From Candidatus Saccharimonadota bacterium (GTDB lineage Bacteria > Pseudomonadota > Alphaproteobacteria > CAJXXZ01 > 1604HC), in the NCBI RefSeq assembly GCF_008189285.1, contig NZ_CP043315.1:90001-122000 (forward strand): DNA of 32,000 nt, in the 5' to 3' direction. The number at the start of each line of letters is the position of its first letter. Positions within the stretch are counted from its first letter, which is position 1. Shown here piece after piece: positions 26,001-32,000 of this stretch. The translations under genes and the position numbers were made by a program. The notes beneath the pieces are model-generated. The model saw only the letters and a list, made by a program, of their open reading frames with translations. It was not told the origin of the DNA and did not search any database.

Positions 26001-28165
26001 ATTTAATTGTTCCAGAAGAAAAGCATGAATTAATTGCAAAAACAGATAAGTTGATTGATGAATATCACCAACAGTATATGGAAGGTATTATCACTAATGA
26101 GGAAAGACATAACAAAGTTACAACCGCATGGTCTAAATGCTCTGATTCTGTAGCTGAGCTTATGATGAATAGAATGTCTGCTATAAAAGATGGAAGAATG
26201 AACTCTGTATATATGATGTCTGATTCTGGAGCTAGAGGTTCTGATATGCAAATTAGGCAAATTTCTGGTATGAGAGGTTTGATTTCTAGGTCAGACGGAT
26301 CTATTCAGGAAGATCCTATTAAAAATAGTTTTAAAGAGGGTTTAACAGTGCCTGAATTCTTGTACGCTTCAGAGGGTGGAAGAAAAGGACTTGTTGATAT
26401 GGCGTTAAAAACAGCTAACTCTGGTTATTTGACTAGAAGATTAGTTGGTGTTTCTCAAGATTGTGTTGTTCAGCATGAAGATTGTGGTACAGAAGATGGA
26501 ATTACTATGAAATCTGTTTCTCAATCTGGAAGAATAATAGTTTCTTTGGGAGAAAAAGTTTATGGAAGAGTTTTGACTGAACCTGTTTCATTCGTAGTAG
26601 ATGGAAAAGAAACTTCATTAAATGTTGGGGATATAATCACTAAAGATATTGCCGAAGAAATTGATAAATCAGATATAGAAGAAATAATAGTAAGATCTCC
26701 AGTGTCTTGTGAAAATATAGATAGCACAGTTTGTGTAAAATGTTACGGTTATGATTTGTCTAAATCTGACACTGTTCAAGATGGTGAATCTGTTGGAGTT
26801 GTTGCTGCTCAATCTATTGGTGAGCCAGGAACTCAGCTAACTATGCGTACCTTTCACTTTGGAGGAGCTGCTCAAAACATTTCTGATGATTCATTTATTG
26901 ATTCAAATGTAGATGGTGTGGTAATTGCTGATGAAATTAAAACTATTCGCAAGAGCGATCATTACATTGTTATGAGTAGAAACAACGAATTGAAGATTAA
27001 AACTGATAAGAAAACATTTACTTATAATGTTCCTTATGGTGCTAAGTTATTCTTTGGAGACAAGGATAAAGTTAGCGCTGGATCCAGAATTGCTGAATGG
27101 GATTTGCATAATATTCCTATCTTGTCTGAGGTTTCTGGTCATGTCGTGTATCAAGATTTAGTAGAAGGGATTTCTCTTAAGAGTTCCGTTGATGAATCCA
27201 CTGGTTCAAGTAATTACATAATAAGTGATTGGAGCATTGTTTCTAAAAAGGCAAATCTACAACCTGCTTTGAAGATTGAAATTGAGGGTAGTGATAAGGA
27301 AAACTATTATGGTCTTTCTATCAATGATGTGATTTTGGTTAAAAATGGAGAATTTGTTGAGGCTGGAGAAATTATTGCCGCTCGAAGTCAAGGTGCAATG
27401 AAAACAAGAGATATTGTGGGTGGTTTGCCTAGAATTGAAGAATTGTTTGAAGCTAGAAACCCTAAATCAATTGCGATTTTAAGCGAAACTGATGGTAAGG
27501 TAAGTTTTGGAAAAGATTACAGATCCAAGAAGAAAATTATTGTTACATCTAGTGATGGGCACGAGCAAGAGTATGTTTCTGCTAAAGATAGATATATTGT
27601 TGTGCAAGATGGAGAGTTCGTAAAGAAAGGTCAAATAATAGTTGATGGAAATGCCTCTCATCATGATATGTTAAGAATTCTTGGAATTGAAGATATGGCA
27701 AATAACTTCATAGAAGAGGTTCAACAAGTATATAGAATGCAAGGTATTACTATTAATAACAAGCATATTGAAGTTGTTTTAAGACGAATGTTGAGTCAAG
27801 CTGAGATTATAGATCCAGCATCCAGCACTTTCTTGACAGGTGATATTATGGATATTAAGAAAATTAATACTCTTAATAAAATGCTTAAAGAAAGCAAAGA
27901 AGAAAGAATTAAATTCAGAAGAGTGCTTCAAGGTATTACAAAAATATCTACCTCATCTGGAAGCTCTTTCTTGTCTGCTGCTTCATTCCAAGATACAGCA
28001 AGAGTTCTGACAAATGCTGCTTTGTTTAATGAAATAGATTGGATTGTTGGTATTAATGAAAGTATTATGGTTGGATCATTGATTCCTGCTGGAACTGGAG
28101 CATTCACCAGAAGAGAAGAGATCTCTAAGAAAGAAAAATTGCAAAAGGAGTTCCTGTGCAATTAA
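20042..28165 (+). CDS. rpoBC: Fused DNA-directed RNA polymerase beta-beta' polypeptide (2707 aa)
   Basis: Beta blocks are '[14 protein letters not shown]', '[13 protein letters not shown]' and '[16 protein letters not shown]'. They continue without a stop into beta' blocks: '[27 protein letters not shown]', the Zn finger '[23 protein letters not shown]', the catalytic '[13 protein letters not shown]', and '[16 protein letters not shown]'. Confidence 0.95.
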   Translation: [2707 protein letters not shown]

Positions 28166-28202
28166 TTGTTTATAGACAAGAAATTAATTGTTTATAAACA
28201 AG
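28161..28202. repeat. 22-bp-period direct duplication overlapping the rpoBC stop; the second copy contains a 14-bp perfect palindrome
   Basis: Copy 1 is 'attaattgtttatagacaag' (28161-28180) and copy 2 is 'attaattgtttataaacaag' (28183-28202). 'ttgtttataaacaa' (28188-28201) is its own reverse complement. Confidence 0.7.
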
Positions 28203-28238
28203 ATTTATAGTATGATGTCCTTATCTATAGGAGGATGA

Positions 28239-29177
28239 ATGTTTTTAAAGAAACCTTATTTATTTTTATTAGCTGCTAATTTTATTTTTGCTGAAGTGCA
28301 AAATAACCAAACTAAAATTGTTGCTGAAGTTGGTCATAAAACAGGCAAAATAGTTAAGATTACTTATGAAGAAGTTTTTAAAAATATTTTAAAAATGTTG
28401 CAATCTAGAGGTGTGCAGCCATCTCAATTTGTAGAATTAGCTCAAAAGAATCCTAAGGTTTTTGCTGAGATTTTCTCTGCTACGAAAGAATCTATGATTA
28501 AAGACTCTGTTTTGCATTTTATTGCAAAAGAGAAAGATTACAGTTCAAACAAAGATTTCATTAATGATCTTGAAGAAGCTAAGAAAAATTTGATGATTCA
28601 GTATGAAAAAAGCAGATATGCAAAAAACGCATCATTTTCTGAGGCTGAATATCAAAATGCATATGATAATTTAATGAAAGAATTTAAGAACGTTAAGCAA
28701 TATTCAGGAAGAATGATTATTGTAAAAACAAAATCTAAAGCGGATAGCATAGTGAAGGCAATCGAAGGAAGAAATAAATCAAAATCTATTGAAGATTCAT
28801 TTATTGTTTTTGGCAAAGAGCATTCTATTGTTCCGTTTGATAGCAATAAAGGCGCATTTTCTATGGTTGAAATGGAAATCACCAAAGAGTATGGTAAAAA
28901 TGTTGCTGCTGCCGTTAATTCTGCTAAAATTGGCTCTGTAGTTGTTGAGCAATTTGGTCAAGATTCTAAATTGAGTGGAAATTATGGTGTGTTTTTGATT
29001 TCTAAATCAGAAGATGCAAAAAAACCTGAAATGAAAGATATAAAAGAAGCTTTGAAATCAAGATTAATAATAAAGAAAATAAACGAGCAAATTACCAAGG
29101 CAAGTAAAGATATAGGTGTCAAAAGATACAATAAAGATGGATTATTAGAAGAAGATTCTGCTAAATTAGTCAAATAG
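28239..29177 (+). CDS. Secreted parvulin-type PPIase / SurA-PrsA-Plp-like chaperone with a degenerate active site
   Basis: The signal peptide is 'MFLKKPYLFLLAANFIFAEV'. The layout is an N-terminal helical chaperone-like region followed by a parvulin-like segment: 'YSGRMIIVKTKSKADSIVKAIEG...FIVFGKEHSI...GAFSMVEM...GVFLISKSED'. The overall layout resembles rickettsial Plp as I recall it. Confidence 0.5.
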   Translation: MFLKKPYLFLLAANFIFAEVQNNQTKIVAEVGHKTGKIVKITYEEVFKNILKMLQSRGVQPSQFVELAQKNPKVFAEIFSATKESMIKDSVLHFIAKEKDYSSNKDFINDLEEAKKNLMIQYEKSRYAKNASFSEAEYQNAYDNLMKEFKNVKQYSGRMIIVKTKSKADSIVKAIEGRNKSKSIEDSFIVFGKEHSIVPFDSNKGAFSMVEMEITKEYGKNVAAAVNSAKIGSVVVEQFGQDSKLSGNYGVFLISKSEDAKKPEMKDIKEALKSRLIIKKINEQITKASKDIGVKRYNKDGLLEEDSAKLVK

Positions 29178-29798
29178 TTAAGATTTCTAATAATTTATAA
29201 AACTATAAATCAATTGGAGCTGCCCTTAAGCTCATTAAAGATTGCATGCTTATTTGTATAAAAATAAGATTAAGCTTCTTATGATTAAATTTCCAATGTG
29301 CTTTAAATGCATTTTCATTTTCTGAAATAAAAATTGAGCTGCAAATAATTTGATCTGCAAATAATCTATATTTTTTTAACAAAAGTTATGATTAGAATAT
29401 TGGCAAATGCAATCAAATTTGCATAAAATAACAATTAAATTTTCTAATTTTTTAGAGTTTAAATCAACAATTTTTCAATTATTGCTTAGAAATAATTTAA
29501 CTAAATAGAGATTTTATAGCTTTGAAGCATTTAATTTGCAGTTAATTAGCAAATAAAATTAAGCGATAATTTTTAAATAATTAATTCTTATCAAGAAGAA
29601 AATATTTATTTTAGTATGAAATGATTAAGTGTAGTTTAAAAGTTAGAATAATCAATTAAGATTCCAAATAGCAAATTAGGCAAATATTAAATTTGTATAA
29701 AATAAGGCAAACAAGGTTCATATTTTTCATATTTATAATAAGGTTGTTATTTTTTTGTTGAGATATCTGTTTTGTTTGTTGTATCATGAAATTATGGG

Positions 29799-30338
29799 GT
29801 GTGTGATATGGGATTAGCAGTTGCAAAAAAAAGATATGTTAGCAGACCTGTAGCTGTTCGTGGAAGGCCAGCTAAGCCTCCTTGCTCTTTTGGCCCAACT
29901 TATGAAATTATTAAACGCAAAGAAGAATTTGGGCTTAATGATTTTAATATGCCAATAAGCATGTTGTCATCAATGTATTCTTTAAAAAAGATATCTGAAG
30001 AAGAATATGAAGCTGCTAAATTCTATGAAGAGCTAGCTTACAAAGCAATAGGAACTACAGATTGCGCATCAAGAAAAACATCATCTTTATTATCTACTTT
30101 ATCAAATGAATCAAAAGGCAAAAAAGAATTTTCTAAGAATCATCAAAAAATTTGGAAAAAATGGATAAGAATAAGAGCAATTTTGATGGAATCTTCTAAA
30201 GAAATCGACAAAATTATATATCAAGTATTGGTGAAAAACAAACCTGCAAATCACATGCAAATAAATTTATTCAAAAATGGATTGGCAATTATTTATGATT
30301 ATTGTTCAAAAAGTAAGAAATATAAGAAAGAAATATAA
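29799..30338 (+). CDS. Hypothetical basic protein with an AT-hook-like motif
   Basis: The ORF is 179 aa from the GTG at 29799, with a more likely ATG at 29808. 'VRGRPAKPP' has the R-G-R-P AT-hook core. The protein is Lys-rich. I recognise no family. The ORF is isolated between 620-bp and 380-bp non-coding spacers. Confidence 0.45.
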   Translation: MCDMGLAVAKKRYVSRPVAVRGRPAKPPCSFGPTYEIIKRKEEFGLNDFNMPISMLSSMYSLKKISEEEYEAAKFYEELAYKAIGTTDCASRKTSSLLSTLSNESKGKKEFSKNHQKIWKKWIRIRAILMESSKEIDKIIYQVLVKNKPANHMQINLFKNGLAIIYDYCSKSKKYKKEI

Positions 30339-30510
30339 ATTCAGTAGGAAGTGATATAAAAATCAATCTTATTTGCAAAAATCAAAAAAAATCAATAATT
30401 TTAATTGGCTAGATAAGCTATAAATATACAGAAAGGTTTTTTAGAAATTAAAACTACAATTTGTGCATATAAGAAATATTTAAATTAACATTGTTTTTTA
30501 AATATTTCAC

Positions 30511-30636
30511 AAAACAGTCAAAATAAAACAGTCAAAATAAAACAGTCAAAATAAAACAGTCAAAATAAAACAGTCAAAATAAAACAGTCAAAATAAAACA
30601 GTCAAAATAAAACAGTCAAAATAAAACAGTCAAAAT
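30511..30636. repeat. Perfect tandem 14-mer array (AAAACAGTCAAAAT) x9
   Basis: Counted directly. Units start at 30511+14k, and the last ends at 30636, with no substitution. Confidence 0.95.
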
Positions 30637-30718
30637 GAAATTTAACAAATAAACAGAATTATTTATTTAATTTAATGGTCAAAAACATGCTTAATTAATA
30701 AATCAAAATTGTGTTTAA

Positions 30719-32000
30719 TTAAATTTTCCAATTAAATTTATCTAACTTCTTAAGTAAATTCTCAGATAAATTAATTTTACCAACTATAATTGGATTTTCA
30801 TTTTCAAAGTTAAGCATGATTTGCATTTTTCCATTTTTGTCCATATGAGGCTCAAGAATTTGATGTAAATTTTTGATTTCTTCCTGATCTTGAATTTTAA
30901 ACACTATTTGACCATCTGAGTTGATGAAATCATCCAAATGAACAACATTATTTGCAATTATGAATTTTGCTTTATCTTCTCCGTTTATGTGTATCTTTGA
31001 TCCAACGAATTTACTTAATACATCAGGCTTTTCTCTGGATATGAAGCGCCATATTCCAAATGGATCAGATACTATGCATATAGAGTATGTGTCTCCTCTT
31101 GGGCTTTTTTTGCTAATTATTTTTTCTAATTTTCCTACTCCAGAAATAGATTCTTCAGCGCTTGGTCGAATTGAAATCCATTTCATGTGAAATTTATTTA
31201 TTGCAAATTTATCAAGAGGGTGCTCTGTAAGATAAATTCCTAATGCCTCATGTTCATTGCTTAGCTTTGTGTCATTGTTCCAGTCTGTTATTTCAATTTG
31301 CTCAGTGAATAGAGTAGGAATAGAGTTATTTTTATCTTTCTTGCTCCATACTAATGCTCTATTTTTTTCTAAAGAATCAAATGCTCCAGATTTAATAAGA
31401 TTTTCTAATGTTTTTTTATTTACATTGGCTCTATTAAAAAAGTCTTCAATAGTAGCAAATGGTTTTTTAGAAATTATGTCATTTATGCAATGAATTCCAA
31501 CATTTTTAATTGCATTTAATCCAAATCTGATATTTCCATTTTCTATTGAGAACGATTCGCTAGATTTATTGATGTCAGGAGATAGAATGTTAATTTTTAA
31601 TCTACGTCCTTCATAAATAAATTCTGCCAGTTTATCAGTATTGTTTTGTTCTAAAATCATAGATGATACCAGAAGCTCAATTGCATAATGAGCTTTTAAA
31701 TATCCTGCTTGATATCCAATAAGGGCATATGGAGTCGCATGCGCTTTAACAAAAGCATATTTAGCAAAGCTTTCAATTTGTTCAAATAGCTCTATAGCCT
31801 TGTCCTCCTCGGAATTCATTTTTTCGCATATTCTTTTAGTGAAATCAATTTTGAGCTTTTTCATCTCTTCAGGCTTCTTTTTTCCTATTGCTCTTCTTAG
31901 CAAATCAGCTTCCTGCATTGAGTATCCAGCTAAACTTCTGGCAATTTCCAAAACCTGCTCCTGATAAACCAGAATTCCATATGTAGGCTTAAGTATTCTT
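30719..32000 (-). CDS. dnaE: DNA polymerase III alpha subunit, C-terminal part (5' end runs off the right edge)
   Basis: The frame stays open upstream of the track start. Hand translation of 31999-31952 gives RILKPTYGILVYQEQV, which joins 'LEIARSLAGYSMQEADLLRRAIGKKKPEEM'. This is the conserved DnaE 'YGI.VYQEQVM.IA...AG.S..EAD.LRRAMGKK' block. Confidence 0.9.
   Translation of the reverse strand, partial: RILKPTYGILVYQEQVLEIARSLAGYSMQEADLLRRAIGKKKPEEMKKLKIDFTKRICEKMNSEEDKAIELFEQIESFAKYAFVKAHATPYALIGYQAGYLKAHYAIELLVSSMILEQNNTDKLAEFIYEGRRLKINILSPDINKSSESFSIENGNIRFGLNAIKNVGIHCINDIISKKPFATIEDFFNRANVNKKTLENLIKSGAFDSLEKNRALVWSKKDKNNSIPTLFTEQIEITDWNNDTKLSNEHEALGIYLTEHPLDKFAINKFHMKWISIRPSAEESISGVGKLEKIISKKSPRGDTYSICIVSDPFGIWRFISREKPDVLSKFVGSKIHINGEDKAKFIIANNVVHLDDFINSDGQIVFKIQDQEEIKNLHQILEPHMDKNGKMQIMLNFENENPIIVGKINLSENLLKKLDKFNWKI

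Noticed and set aside
20749-28161. Eight minus-strand ORFs of 61-124 aa inside rpoBC (20749-20964, 22471-22836, 24553-24927, 25144-25347, 25607-25942, 26030-26260, 27479-27664, 27928-28161)
   Set aside because: All are antisense to a strongly conserved RNA polymerase frame and have low-complexity, motif-free translations. They are typical shadow ORFs.
29178-29798. Replication origin or a structured ncRNA (tmRNA, RNase P, SRP, 6S) in the long spacer
   Set aside because: I found no TTATCCACA-type DnaA boxes there. The nearest 8-of-9 matches are near 12756 and 12965, inside the ABC gene. None of the GC-rich conserved cores of those RNAs is present. The region is uniformly AT-rich. This remains unsupported rather than disproved.
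28652-31493. Short ORFs antisense to the Plp-like gene (28652-28885, 28982-29173) and to dnaE (30960-31190, 31257-31493)
   Set aside because: These are shadow ORFs opposite better-supported genes.
1-32000. Alternative genetic code (TGA = Trp), as in some AT-rich reduced genomes
   Set aside because: Conserved genes end at TGA (for example nusG and mraY) and have normal lengths. Trp positions in the conserved motifs I checked are TGG. The standard code fits.
1-32000. Mobile elements, prophage, toxin-antitoxin or defence islands
   Set aside because: No transposase, integrase, recombinase, phage structural or nuclease-like ORFs are present. No terminal inverted repeats bracket any segment. The only accessory-looking DNA is the tssJK module and the orphan ORF179 region.

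Overview
This is a visibly AT-rich, gene-dense bacterial chromosome segment using the standard genetic code: TGA acts as a stop, and a 2707-codon ORF is uninterrupted. All homology calls below were made by eye from remembered family motifs, not by database search.

Contents from left to right:
- Partial rplY/ctc (-) and tRNA-His (-).
- gmk and an ampG-like MFS gene (+).
- Two abutting perfect heptamer arrays.
- thyX (-) and murF-mraY-murD (-).
- tRNA-Ile with a UAU anticodon (-).
- trmB and miaA (+), then tRNA-Glu(CUC) (-).
- uppS-cdsA (+), with the cdsA 3' tail tandemly echoed.
- An ABC exporter (-) and a ProP-like MFS gene (+).
- A tightly packed three-gene minus-strand module: a TM+SPOR-like protein, a TssJ-like lipoprotein and TssK.
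- The conserved tRNA-Trp-secE-nusG-rplK-rplA-rplJ-rplL cluster, followed by a single fused rpoB-rpoC ORF.
- A parvulin/Plp-like periplasmic protein.
- A 620-bp non-coding spacer, an orphan basic 179-aa ORF and a perfect 14-mer x9 array.
- The 3' part of dnaE (-), which runs off the right edge.

The gene set points to a reduced, obligately host-associated, Rickettsiales-like alphaproteobacterium. The supporting features are thyX, AmpG/ProP-type MFS paralogues, a Plp-like protein, the rpoBC fusion and overlapping genes. This placement is inference, not proven here.

No transposase, integrase, phage or CRISPR features were seen.

The most interesting item is the orphan T6SS-like tssJ-tssK module with a co-operonic SPOR-like membrane protein, sitting against tRNA-Trp. 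The canonical tssL/tssM partners are absent, as are any sheath, tube or spike genes in the 32 kb.

Secondary items:
- The rpoBC fusion.
- A tilS-independent-type tRNA-Ile(UAU).
- Three independent tandem-repeat arrays, all confined to convergent 3'-3' spacers.
- The orphan AT-hook-like ORF preceded by a GCAAAT-rich spacer.
- N-terminal extensions on NusG and L11.
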